Shown: positions 19,927 through 32,203 of the stretch, one piece after another
How the letters are laid out: each line of letters starts with the position of its first letter
How positions within the stretch are numbered: the stretch's first letter is position 1
Source: Antedon mediterranea
Lineage: Eukaryota; Animalia; Echinodermata
Reading direction: 5' to 3'
Length of the DNA stretch: 64,000 nt
Assembly (NCBI RefSeq): GCF_964355755.1
Contig: NC_092674.1
Location: 27,776,001-27,840,000, forward strand
The notes under the pieces: generated by a model
Databases searched by the model: none
Seen by the model: only the letters and a program-made list of their open reading frames with translations
Told to the model about the DNA's origin: nothing
Program-made: the position numbers and the translations under genes

Positions 19927-22900
19927 ATGGCCTGTTCACGAAATGAGAGCTACGTCCATACCCCCAGTCTGAAGCCCTTTATTGGGCTGACGATGCACGA
20001 AATGTTAGAAGAGAGAGTGAAGAAAAATCCGGACAGAGAAATGTTTGTTTTTGTCAGCGATAATGAACGAGTTGGATTTGCTGAATTTAAGAAAAGGGTG
20101 AGCAACTTTTATCAATATAACTAGCAATGTTCTCCTTGTTTTAAATGTATTAACCTTTAGGTGATCCTGCCTTATTGATTCACTTTTGTAATGTGTTTAT
20201 GTCTTATTTGTACTGTATTTGAAATGTGCGAAATAAATGATATATTATGGTATTATATATGACATTGTAACATTAAATGTTCGGACCGGCTAGCTCAAGA
20301 TTTGAGTGAAAATCACTGCAAATCCACTGGTGAATACCGGTTATAGAGTAGACAGATGGTTTGTCAGTGACTGTATATAATTTAAACGTACTTACGTATA
20401 TTATTATAACTAATTAACATTTATTAATTATTCTTTTATTCAGGCAGCTCATATCTATATTATATTCTAACTTATCTCCACGTACTCTCACTCAATGGAA
20501 CACTCGTCTACGACCCTAAAATCATTTAAACATAATCTTTTAAAGATAACATAATATAACATTTAAATATGTATTTATATACTGTACATACTATTGTAAA
20601 AACGTTGTTGACATTGTATTCGTATTTTGTGTATATGTACAGTAACGGGCCATGTGTTGATCTGGGCCTCCGTAATTAAATAAGTTGAATTGAATTGAAT
20701 TGACCTCAATATTACAATGGAAGAACTTTATACTTTCTATTATTTTCATTTCGTTTTCAGGTAATAGACTTAGCAGCCGGGTTCTTATTCAAACTTGGTC
20801 TTCGTCGTGGTGATCGCATAGCTGTTTTAGGCGCTAACCATGTAGAATGGCCCCTTATAACGGCTGCAGCAAGAGCTATAGGAGTAGGTGTGGTAGGTAC
20901 CCCAGGCTATTATATATATATAAATTTTAAACTGACTGAAATTATAGTTTGTATTTCGACTATAAAGCTTGTTTCCCACTAGAATGTAACGTAAGGACGT
21001 AAGCACAACACAAGTATGACCAATCACAAATGATAGATTATTCAACTGTCGCTTGGATTATTGGCCAATTCGCTGTCGTTGCAGTTACGTCGTCGTGTTG
21101 CATTCTAGTAGGAACTAATCCTTAGAAATAGACAAATCAATGTAATTTATGCAAGAATTTGCGGTCAGTATAAATAAAATAATAATAATTACATTTATTT
21201 TTATTTTAGGTTAATCTACTACTTGGACATGCTACTAAAACTTTCCACAAAATAATCTTGCAGGTATATTCTTTACTGTCTTGCCGATATGCATAATTAT
21301 GATATTGAATAGTATAAGGATGTTTAACTTCTAGTATCATTTTATTGGAGTGGGATGACCCTGTAATCGACAATTACGCCTATATTTATAATGCCATCAT
21401 TGTTCACAGGTATCGTGCAAAGCGCTGTTCATAACTCGTAGCCCTGATACACTTTACCAAATGGCTTGTGAAATGATTCCAGAGTTAAATGAAAGTATTC
21501 CAGGGGACTTAAATTTAAAACAGTAAGTATACATTTTGATAATAAATTAGCGACTATTTTAATCAATCGTTATAATGCGTTGACGGTTATATGCTAGCTT
21601 GCTTACCGTAATACGTACCGTTTTTATTTTAGGTTTCCAGACTTAAAGAAGGTTATAGCTGCTGGTTCTAATTGTAAAAGGTAAGTACTTTGCTTTAAGT
21701 AAATAAAAGGTAGGCTTAAATATATGTATAAAAAAAAGCTATACAAACATTAACAAAGTTAGAAATAAATAGGCAGTGACGTTAGTGATCAATTTATTTC
21801 AGTGGAACATTGAACTTTGCCGATATATCTATTTCTGGATGTGAGGAAGAAGTAGCAAAAGCGGCAAAGAAAGTGACAATTGATGACGTCAGCCACATTA
21901 ACATGACATCGGTAAACAATAGTATTACAGAAAAAGACAATTGCAATCACTGGGTGCAAACTATTCTATTTTTGTATGTGAAATTCAAATGTAGACCTAG
22001 CTATCTGTTTCAAAAGAACGTTTTATTTGCATAACAAAGTATCAAACTAACTCATTGGTTGTCGTGCCTGATTTATGACAAGATTAGGCCTATAGGTCTT
22101 TAAATCATGTTTTAAAATTTAACCTAATATTCACATTTTAATGTATGGTTTTTATTGCCTACCATAGGGCACAACTGGATCACCAAAATTGGCATCATTT
22201 ACTCATTTTCAGGCACTCCACAGCAACCTCTTTGTACCAGGTCAATTTGACGAAACACAAGTAGGTTCAATATTTTAGTTTCTGGTTGATGTTCATATAC
22301 CGTACCGCACCGTATAACATAGGACCGATCGTCATTTATGACAAGGCACATTTGGTGGTGTTGAATTGGAGGACGATTATCGAACGGAACCACATCAAGA
22401 TGATGGCGAGAAGAATGGCAAAAATGATGGTGATGACAGACAGACAGAAGTCACATGTGATGACGATTATGACGGAATGACAATGATTAAAACAATAATC
22501 ATTTTATTCAATATTATTTCATTTTGTACTTAAGGTAAATAAATTGGCATGCCTCGGTAACATGGCATATGTTGGAGCGATGAATTTTAGTCATCTAGGG
22601 CCACTTATATTCGGTACAACGTCAGTGTTTCCTTCACCAACCTACACATTTGAAAAGTTTCTCCAGGCTGTCGAAGTAGAAAGGTTGAGTACACCACAAT
22701 TAAATTGACAACGAGTTTGAAACATTACTGTTGAAATGACTGCCATTATCAGTTTGAAGGCACTAGTCTGGATTCCAGACAGACGGAGTTTAGAATATAT
22801 TAGGAAAAAGATAAATATTTTGGCACATATGGCCTTCCATACGGATACTACTTGAGCTTGTAAATTTGTATTTTCAGACAAAAATCAAAACGTCGACTGG

Positions 22901-25563
22901 TAGACTAACATAAAAATGACAATAAATACAGACTTGGAGCAAGGCCATAAAGGCATCTGCCAAATTGTATACTGTTTATCTGTTACACTGCCATTCACTA
23001 TTTGTTCAACTATTCAAAGTTTAATATGCGACTTTTTTTAGATGCACCTTCGTATTGTTGATGATCAATGGTGTGATCGATCTTGCGTATAATCCTATTT
23101 GTGATAATTACGACCTGTCTTCATTGATATCAGGTAGTCTTTAGAATAATTATATAATATATATGAATACCCTGTAAAAGTATGACCGATCTATTTCACA
23201 AAGAATCGATAAGAGTATTATTTTTTTTTAATAAAAGGTATAACCGGTGGTTCGTACATTCCGCCAAGTGCTATGATCAAGTTGCATGAAAAGTATGGAA
23301 TTCGTCTATTGGTACGTACTGTATTACTATTAGTATTAGTACTATGGGTACGTATTGCATTACTATAATACTGTAGCTATATTGTGAACTTCTTTTATGC
23401 GCGAAAAGCACTGACACAACCGATTCTCGTACAGTATTACAATCGTACAGTGTCGTGTTTGCTGACGGGAAACAGCGGCCGTATTCACCAATCAATTATA
23501 CATAAGCTAGATATTTTCCTTAAATATTAAGTGTTTCCCTTAAATTGTATTCAATTAGATAGGAGATTTTTGTAATAAGGCTGTTTCCATTAGCCTAAAT
23601 GTAAATGGTAAATACGGCCACAGGCTCCTAACTATTACTACCCTTCACCAAACCCACTAAAATATCGGTAGAAATGATAGCGCTCGTATCGAGTAGCACT
23701 GAAGCAATAGCAAATTCATTTTAAATATTATATTTATATTATTAATGTGTTTTCTGTTGCATCAGAATGCTTATGGGTCAACAGAAACCACAACCATCAG
23801 CTCGATGACGGTTAATGACAGTCAGGACGTTTGGAATACAACAGGCCGCCCCTTACCAAATACTGAAGTAAGGCATAATAGATAGAGTTCCTGTATCATC
23901 CTGTTCATAAATTACTGTAATGTATAGCAACACTATCTGAAATTCTACATTTACAGATTCAGATAGTTGACGAAGAAGGATGTCCCGTTGAAGTGGGAGA
24001 AAGGGGAGAGGTATGGGTACGAAGTCCGGTTGCGTTCAGTGGTTACTATGGTGATATTGAGAAAACAAAAGAGAAAATCACCGAAAACGGATGGATTAAA
24101 ATGGGGTACTATAGCACAACTTGTATTTTTACATAATAGACTCAAGTATATGTCAAATTTTAAAGAATTGTTGTAGTGGGCTTATGAAACATATCACACT
24201 ATAAAGTTCTTCTAAAATTCCTTTTTCAGAGATGTTGGTAAGCTAAGTGAAGATGGCTACCTGACAATAGTCGGTCGAATTAAGGTACTGAAGTTAAATC
24301 TATACAATATACCATTTAACTTGTTCCTTTTGTTATAACAGCACCTCTTAAGTCTCAAGAGTAAACCCTTTGGGTGATGTTTTTCTTGCATTGATGTATG
24401 AGTGTTGTTACAATGTTTGATCTCAGTTAACAAGCTTTAAATGTTATTCTTTTCAGGATATCATTATCAGAAATGGTTCCAATATCCATCCATCAGAAGT
24501 GGAAAGTTTAGTAATAACTCATCCAGCCGTAAACATTGCGCAGGTAAAGTGTATAACATTGTGTGTAGGCCAATCCTGCACAATTTCAAAACGCTGGAGA
24601 ATTTGTAGGAACTGAAAGATAATTTGTATATTTTTTAAACTAGGCCTAAATGGGTTTTTTTTCAGGTTGTAGCAATACCGGATTACAGGGTCGGTGAAGA
24701 TGTGTGTGTATGTGTTAAGTAAGTAGGCATATATGGATTTTTTCTACCAAAACTAAAATTTGTATTATGAAAATCAGAACTAGGCTTATTTTCTTTCTTT
24801 TAAGTGAAATAAACATTACTTACAGGTAATTCAATATTTAAACTAATTAACCTTTTAACGTAAATTATTACATTTTTGCAATTAAAATAAATTATTATGT
24901 TTATGATTTCAGATTAAATGAAGGTTTCAATGTAACCGAAGAAGAACTGGAAACTTTCTTTGAAGGAAAGGTATAATAGCGAATAATAATACAAACAACA
25001 AATAATTATATTTTAAACTTTTTTCGAATCTTCACTTCTTTACGTTAATCGAACTTTTATTTCAGATGTCAGATTTAATCAAACCATCTTACTTTCTAAT
25101 ATTTGTCTCCTTCCCAAACGGAGCTTCAGGAAAGGTACTGTTTGCCGTGTTTTGTAATTATTAATTACAGTAGGCATATGTTTATTTTTTTAATCGAATC
25201 GATAAATGATTACGTCATGACAACAAGCCGGTATAAAACCAATATTCAAAGACATTTTCGATATGTAAAATGGTATTTGTGGTAATCAATCGACATACCA
25301 CTAGAAGCCATGTTGTCTTTAGTAGTAGGACTCTCCAAAACTAGTTTAACTCGACCGTTAATATAACCATATACACCAGTGATATAAAATAAACGATACC
25401 ACCAGAATCGACAAATTTATACCGAGTTACGTTTAAATATGTAATTTATTTAAAATCCTGTAATCAACAAAATTATCATTTCCAGGTGGATCGTAAGAAG
25501 CTGCAAGAGATGGCTATTGATCGAATTATATTACCTGATACGCCTTATGAAGAGTCGCAATAA
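19927..25563 (+). CDS. ACSF2-like: ACSF2-like acyl-CoA synthetase, copy 2; 18 coding exons, apparently intact
   Basis: MACSRNESYVH start; TSGTTGSPK, YGSTE, GRIKDIIIRNG and GKVDRKKL; ends PYEESQ* (TAA 25561-25563). No stop or frameshift found on reading all exons. Confidence 0.88.
20963..21125. mobile_element. MITE, family 1
   Basis: taaagcttgtttcccactagaatg ... cattctagtaggaactaatcctta. Confidence 0.65.
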
Positions 25564-27760
25564 GTTATTCAATCCAAACTGTAATACTTCCATTAAGCAC
25601 AAAATAAACTTAACCTCAAAACCTTTGTTGTTTTTATTTACTAACAGACTGTTTATTTTAATGATTTTATCAATGTCATGGTACATAATTAGGCTTAGCT
25701 AGTTGTTGTAGAGATGACGTCATAATATATGCATATTTTATCTCACAATCACGTTTAGACTCTATTGTGACAATGATTTCGATTTCTCACGATTTTCACA
25801 GAAAAAAAAGTACCTTTAATTGCACTGGAGAACAGAATGAAATCGCACAGATTTTTATCGGTTTTTTTTTAATAATACCGTAGCAACAGATGGAAATGGT
25901 GAACCTGGTAATTTAATTTATTGTCAACTATTTGGCATTCCGTCCTTTACAATTGTGCGGGTCTATAGTAAACGTTATCTATTCCAGCGTACATTTAGTA
26001 TAATATTTAAATCCATATATCAGTATTAGTATAGTATGTCTAAAATCGCCTTGTCGCGAAAAAAGAGTTACATCCATACTAGTCTGAAACCCTTTATTGG
26101 GCTGACGATGCACGAAATGTTGGAAGAGAGGGTGAAGAAAAATCCGGACAGAGAAATGCTTGTTTTTGTCAGCGATAAAGAACGAGTTACGTTTGCTGAA
26201 TTCAAGAAAAGGGTGAGTATTAAAACGTGAGCAAGTTTGCATAATATAGTGCAATATATAGTGTAAAGTAAACTTTTATAGGCCTACGATACGTTTGTTT
26301 TTTTTAATGGAGCACAATGTTTTCCGGAACCATGCAATAATAATGATGCACGAATTCAACGCGTGGAAACGTTATAGACACGAAATTGATTAAACTTTAT
26401 CTTGCGTTTTCGGCTGGGTAACAGTAAGTCTGATTTACATGATTGAAAGAGTCATACGTTTGCATATTGCTAAATCTTAAAAATATGGAGCAACACAAAT
26501 ATGGGTGTTGCTCAATAATTTAACTTTGATCGTATAGCTGTTATAGGTGCTAACCATATAGAATGGCCGCTTATTACAGGTGCAGCGAGAGCTATAGGCG
26601 TCGGTGTGGTAGGTACCCCAGCTATTATACTACAATATAATAATCAAATTTATTTTCTAAAAATAACCAAAAATGTATAATCTAAGTTCCGAATATTTTT
26701 TTTTTCTTCAGGCTAATCTGCTTATTGATCATACTCCTCAAACCTTTAAGAAAGTAATGAAACAGGTATGAATTATTTATCAAAATAATTCCATTTGTTT
26801 CCTTTATATTGAATATTGATGTAGTAATTTTGACACTTAGGCTACAATAGCAATATATTATATCACAAATCACAAAATTTATTAGTATAATTTCTTTTTA
26901 ATTTTTACGGCAATAAACTTTAGACGTTGTTTGGGAGTGTCTTTGGCACAGATATATATGGTGACTCAATTATGATAGTATGATTGATATGATTTCATGA
27001 TATAAATAGATAAATGATATTATTCAGGTGTCGTGCAAAGCGCTGTTCATAACTCGTAGCCCGGACACACTTTACTCAATGGCTTGTGAAATGATTCCAG
27101 AGTTAAGTGAAAGTATTCCAGGTGACCTGAATTCAAAACAGTGAGTATTGGACAATTTGAATATTTAATTATTTTACATTGACGATTCATGTACATAGGT
27201 TTATGTTGACTACTGTTTTTTGTAGGTTACCAGACTTAAAAAAGGTCATAGCCGTTGGTTCAAACTGTAAAACGTAAGTAATTATTATAAAATAAGCGTT
27301 TAGGAATTTATTTAAAAATGGAAAAACAGTTTAGATAATAAAAAAGCAACTTAGTAAGAGATCACTTTTATGAGCAAATTGTTTTCTTTCTTTTTCAGTG
27401 GAATGTTGAATTTCGATGACATATCTATTTCTGGATGTGAAGAGGAGCAAAAGCGGCCAAGAAAGTCACAATTGATGACGTCAGTCATTTTAATATGACA
27501 TCGGTACGAAATTACTATAATCAAAAAGATCTATTTGCTTAACAAAAACATAAGAACAGAAATTAAGTCCACAATCTCACATATTTTATTTTAGATTCTC
27601 TATTTCTACAGGGCACTACTGGATCGCCGAAATTGGCAACGTATACACATTTCCAATCACTCAATGCCACCATGTTTGTGCCAGGTCAATTCGACGAGGG
27701 AAAAGTAAGTTAAAATCGTAGGTTTTATAGGTGCTATGACGACACGAAGATATTATAAGT

Positions 27761-27936
27761 TAAGGGTAATCCACACCTGTTCCGACACGGTTCCGGTCTG
27801 GCGCCGAAAAATCCAATTTACGCGGATACGCGCATATCGATTGGTGCATATCCGCGTGGAGCGTCGTAAAAATAAAACATTGATGTTCGATTCGCCGGAC
27901 CGGAACCGTGCCGGAACAATTGTGAAATACCCTTTA
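27761..27936. mobile_element. MITE, family 3 (hairpin, TAA/TTA flanks)
   Basis: taagggtaatccacacctgttccgacacggttccggtctggcg ... cgccggaccggaaccgtgccggaacaattgtgaaatacccttta. Confidence 0.75.
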
Positions 27937-28194
27937 GGATGTTAAGATGACGATGAGGAGAAGACACTGATGCTTAACTAATGTCTACACTATCAAACTA
28001 TTTTAACAAAAATAAATCTGATGTGCCCAAATATAGTAGGGATATGCTTAAATGTGGTAGTGATATGACATCATCATATACATATATGGACACATCACGT
28101 TTGGTAGTGTAGATAGACCTTAAGATAGCAGTAATAAATGGCAACTGCCTAAGATTCCAACGGATGGATAACCTATTTTATAATTTATCGTACT

Positions 28195-28340
28195 TATAAT
28201 AAACTCTCATTCTCAGTCTCATTTGAGGCTGAGGGAGTGGAGTTGAAAAAGTCGTTAGTTACAACCTTGTCACTAGGTCAGGATTGAAACCCCGGACCTT
28301 AGGATCGGAAGGCAAGCACCAAGCTACAGCTCCACTATTA
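28195..28340 (-). mobile_element. tRNA-derived SINE fragment
   Basis: Minus strand gtggagctgtagcttggtgcttgccttccgatcctaaggtccggggtttcaatcctgacc: degenerate A and B boxes. Confidence 0.45.
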
Positions 28341-30116
28341 AATGTTTCTGATTTTGTTTATTCTTTTTTTGAATACTAATTATTACAAAGATGGACATAT
28401 TGGCATGCATAGGTAACATGGCATACGTTGTAGCAACGCAATTTAGTCAAGTAGCGCCACTCCTATACGGTATAACTTCAGTGTTTCCTTCACCAACCTA
28501 CACAAAACTACATTTTGTTTTATCAAAGTGGGATAATTTAGAGAACAAACCCGAAGATAATGTTACCTCTAAAACGCGAAACCATTTAATAAAATGATTT
28601 AAATTACTGCATAATATTACAGTACATTCTTATTAATATTGATATCTTTACATCCTTTATGAATACATTACAAGAGAAGTGAGGACAGGTGTATCAATAC
28701 CGGATTACAGGGTCAGTGAAGATGTGTGTGCATGTGTTACGTAAGTATTATTTACTAAAATAATAAACTTTCTATTTCAGTAGAAAACAAAATCAATTTG
28801 TTTCTTAAATGTTAAGTAATATTTCTGAACAAAGGGTAACATTTATAATACATGTGTAATGCGGTTAGGTAAGATTAGGTAATTACCACGAATTCAACTA
28901 TACACTCAATAGAAATTGATTTATGATTTCAGAATAAATGAAGGTTGTAATTTAACCGAAGAAGAACTGAAAACTTTCTTTGTTGGAAAGGTACCAACTT
29001 CAAGTTATATATAATAAACACAATAAATTAATGCTCACTCGTTTTACTTGTTATTTTATTGTCACCCGACTTGACAATTTTTTCTGTTTTATTTTAGCTT
29101 ATAAAAGAACTGATTCTCTACATTTCTGTTCTTACAATAATAATTTTAATTTCAGATGTCAGATTTTATCCAGCCGTCTTACTTTTTAATCTTTGCCTCT
29201 TTCTCATCTGGAGCTTCAGGAAAGGTATGTCTTTTTGTTAATTTTATATACCGTATAAGTATATTTAACAAAAATAAATAAAAATTGATACAAGATAAAT
29301 CGATACATTGATTACATCGTCAATATAACGATAAAAAACCAATATTATCCAAACGACAAAAATAGTACCATGAAAAAAAAATAAAAAGTTTATGTATTTA
29401 TATTTGTGTTTTATTTGTACTTAAAACGGGTTATATTTGTCAGGTAGGGCGATATAACAATTTCGATCAGTGGTCGCGAGATGCCATTTCGATTACTTTC
29501 GTAATTACATAATGCTACCATGTAATATAACTAAATAATGTTACAGGCCAGTGACATTATACGACGTGGGCCGTATGCCTACCGAATCCAATAACTTAGA
29601 GCACGTCAATTCATTTTCTGTAGAGCATATATCATTTAAATTAAATCATGTAATAACTATGTTATCATTTACAGGTGGATCGTACGAAGCTGCAAGAGAT
29701 GGCTATCGGTCGAATTTAATTACCGGACACTGCTTATGCTGAATACAATTTTATTTATTATTTAGACTGATGCACAGTACAACTCGTTCAATCAACATTG
29801 ATTGTTTTTACACAAGTTGTGATATTACAAAATAATACAATACCATATAGATACGAAAAAAATATTGAAAAGATGAATCAGAAGCAGAATCCCTTCCATC
29901 TGACACCCCTATTTAGGGGACACCATACCGGTACTTCCCACGTAAACAGGATTCTACTGTAGTATTTAATAAATGTTTTCTGTTTTCATAAACGCATTTA
30001 ATTATATCATACATAGTTTATCTATTACAAATACTAGTTCAGTCTTCATTCAACATATCGCTATTATATAAAGCAGTAAAACACCTTATTTGCTCACTTC
30101 AATTTAGGTTTCCAAT

Positions 30117-30987
30117 AATAGAGAGAAATGGCGAACCGACGTCTAAAATCCGAGTGGGTATAAAATCATAACAAACCGTTGAGGGCGACACATTTCCTAT
30201 GTTTATACACGTGAATCATGGCGTCGTCTAACCAATGTTGTTGCTGTAACACTCATCATAATTCTTGTTGTATTTGTGTATTTACACAATAAAACAATGA
30301 AATATGTATAAAAGTCATCCATCATTCACAATCATATTCGTAAAAATATCTCATATCTGTAGGTCTACATTAGACTAGGCCTATAGTATTATAGTAGAAT
30401 GGTGTTATCAAGCATTCATTACTGGCGGTAGCCCCCCCCCCCCCCCCTCTCCATGCAGGAAGCATCACTAGCCACATAACAAAATGGCAGTTGTCAAGCT
30501 GAAACTAATGCTAGGCCTACATCTACTAGAGATGCTCTATTTAGTCTTACTACCTAGCTAGGAGAGGCCTAGCAGCACCCTAGCTAAAGTAGTAGTAGTA
30601 GTACAGTATGCAATAACTTATTATTATTACTACAGTATTATAATAACCGATAATCCGTGCTAGGCTCGAGGTACTACAGCATACAGGCCAACTATCTCTA
30701 GGGCCTAGAGCTGGGTACAGTATATAACAAAAAGGGGTCTTAATTCAATCCAAATTAAAATAAAATATGTTAAGATTTGCCCATATAACATTAAAATTGT
30801 TAAGGGTGTTGCAAAAAAAAAGATACTGCTATTATGTGTGTTTTAAACGTTCTTTTCTACCTTCCTTTTTAACTCAACCCATCGGAATTTCCCATACAAA
30901 AACATGTGGCGAAATGGTTTGTTTACAATCTATACCCACTCGGTGAAATTTGAGTGACGTCATCGCGGTTCGCCATTTCACTCTGTT
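30117..30987. mobile_element. Non-autonomous DNA transposon with terminal and subterminal inverted repeats
   Basis: aatagagagaaatggcgaaccg at left versus cggttcgccatttcactctgtt at right; inner pair ccgagtgggtata / tatacccactcgg. Confidence 0.65.
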
Positions 30988-31726
30988 GAACGGTATTATT
31001 AACATTCTTGTTGTGATGACGTCAATTATATTAATATATTCATGACGTCACTAATTGTGACCAATAATTTGCACGCAGTTTTATTTTCACCAACAAAATG
31101 AAATGCTTATCGTTTGTATCGTAATATATTGTTTGAATGTTTGCATGGCAAAATCAAATGTTGATATAAAGTTTGCGGTACACCACGTATGTTAGTTCTG
31201 AAAAGAACTGTTGAGTTTCTCGACGTTTATATCAACATAATATCTTAATGTTATTATAAAATATTGCTGACGTATGTCACTGATACTATTGAGCTTCCAA
31301 CCTTGTATACGCTTTAACATCATTTATCTTTATTTATTTATTTATCTTTATTGGAAAATAAAATATTTATTATTCTATGAGTTTGTTAATCGCCGCTGCT
31401 GTCTCCGAGTAGCAAAAATAAGATTTGCCCTTCAATTATTACATGCCCTTATTTTGACCTATGGCAATCTTTATTATGTGGGTCTAAATGCTGTTATCGG
31501 CGGACGTCGTATTTATTTATTTAGTATTGGCCAATATGATTATCTGAATGATTATATATGATTGTGCAGGTAGTGAATATATATATATATATATACATAT
31601 AAATCCAAAGGCAAATTACTGAAAAAAATGACAATGCTGTGGGTATCAGTGGCTGGATCTCAATGGAGATACAAAAATAAAAAGCGAAAAGCTAAATCAA
31701 AACGATAACGTAAACAGCCAGAAAAC

Positions 31727-31769
31727 TTAGCAGAGCTTTCGGGCAACACTAGCCCTTCATCAGTGCAAG
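31727..31769 (-). ncRNA. Minimal type I hammerhead ribozyme (Penelope/retrozyme type), core intact
   Basis: Minus strand CTTGCA CTGATGA AGGGC TAGTGTT GCCC GAAA GC TC TGCTAAG: CUGAUGA and GAAA cores, stem II GGGC/GCCC, palindromic AGCT mini stem III, UC cleavage site, stem I CTTGCA/TGC(T)AAG. Confidence 0.75.
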
Positions 31770-31913
31770 CAAGTACCCCCATACATATACATATATATAT
31801 ATAAACACAAGAGGCAAAGAACATTAATTCTAAACCGCCCAGTGATATACTGAAATTTAATTAATTAATTTGAAACGATAAAGATGAGGAAATCTATGAG
31901 AATGAGAAAAAGT

Positions 31914-31985
31914 CGCCCCAACCGAGACTCGAACTCGGACCGCCTGCTTGATATGCAGATGTCCTAACCATTAGACCACTGGGGC
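31914..31985 (-). tRNA. tRNA-like cloverleaf, anticodon ATC (copy B)
   Basis: Same 72 nt as 8293-8364, with the same TTTTT terminator and flanks. Confidence 0.6.
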
Positions 31986-32203
31986 TTTCATGGTATTGTT
32001 CGAACTCGATTGGATAACGACTCTTTAACATTCTCGGCGTGGTACGGCGGTATTCACTACCTGCACAATCATATATAATCATTCAGATAATCATATTGGC
32101 CAATACTAAATAAGTAAATACATATATATATGTTCAGTTTACTTTTATCTCCATGAGTAATGTAATCGTTACATCCATTACACAGTAGTAAGGATTGTCT
32201 AGA

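Larger units (their letters stand above)
26036..29745 (+). pseudogene. ACSF2-like copy 3, pseudogene
   Basis: 5' part and acceptor of exon 2 missing (homology resumes ~26528); 4-nt deletion in exon 6 (~27440-27450); exon 8 breaks off at ~28504; exons 9-14 absent (exon 15 at 28689); premature TAA at 29717-29719. Confidence 0.9.
31510..32120. repeat. ~70-bp inverted repeat pair (31510-31579 / 32051-32120) enclosing the hammerhead and tRNA modules
   Basis: ttatttagtattggccaatatgattatctgaatgattatatatgattgtgcaggtagtgaata is the reverse complement of tattcactacctgcacaatcatatataatcattcagataatcatattggccaatactaaataa. Confidence 0.92.
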
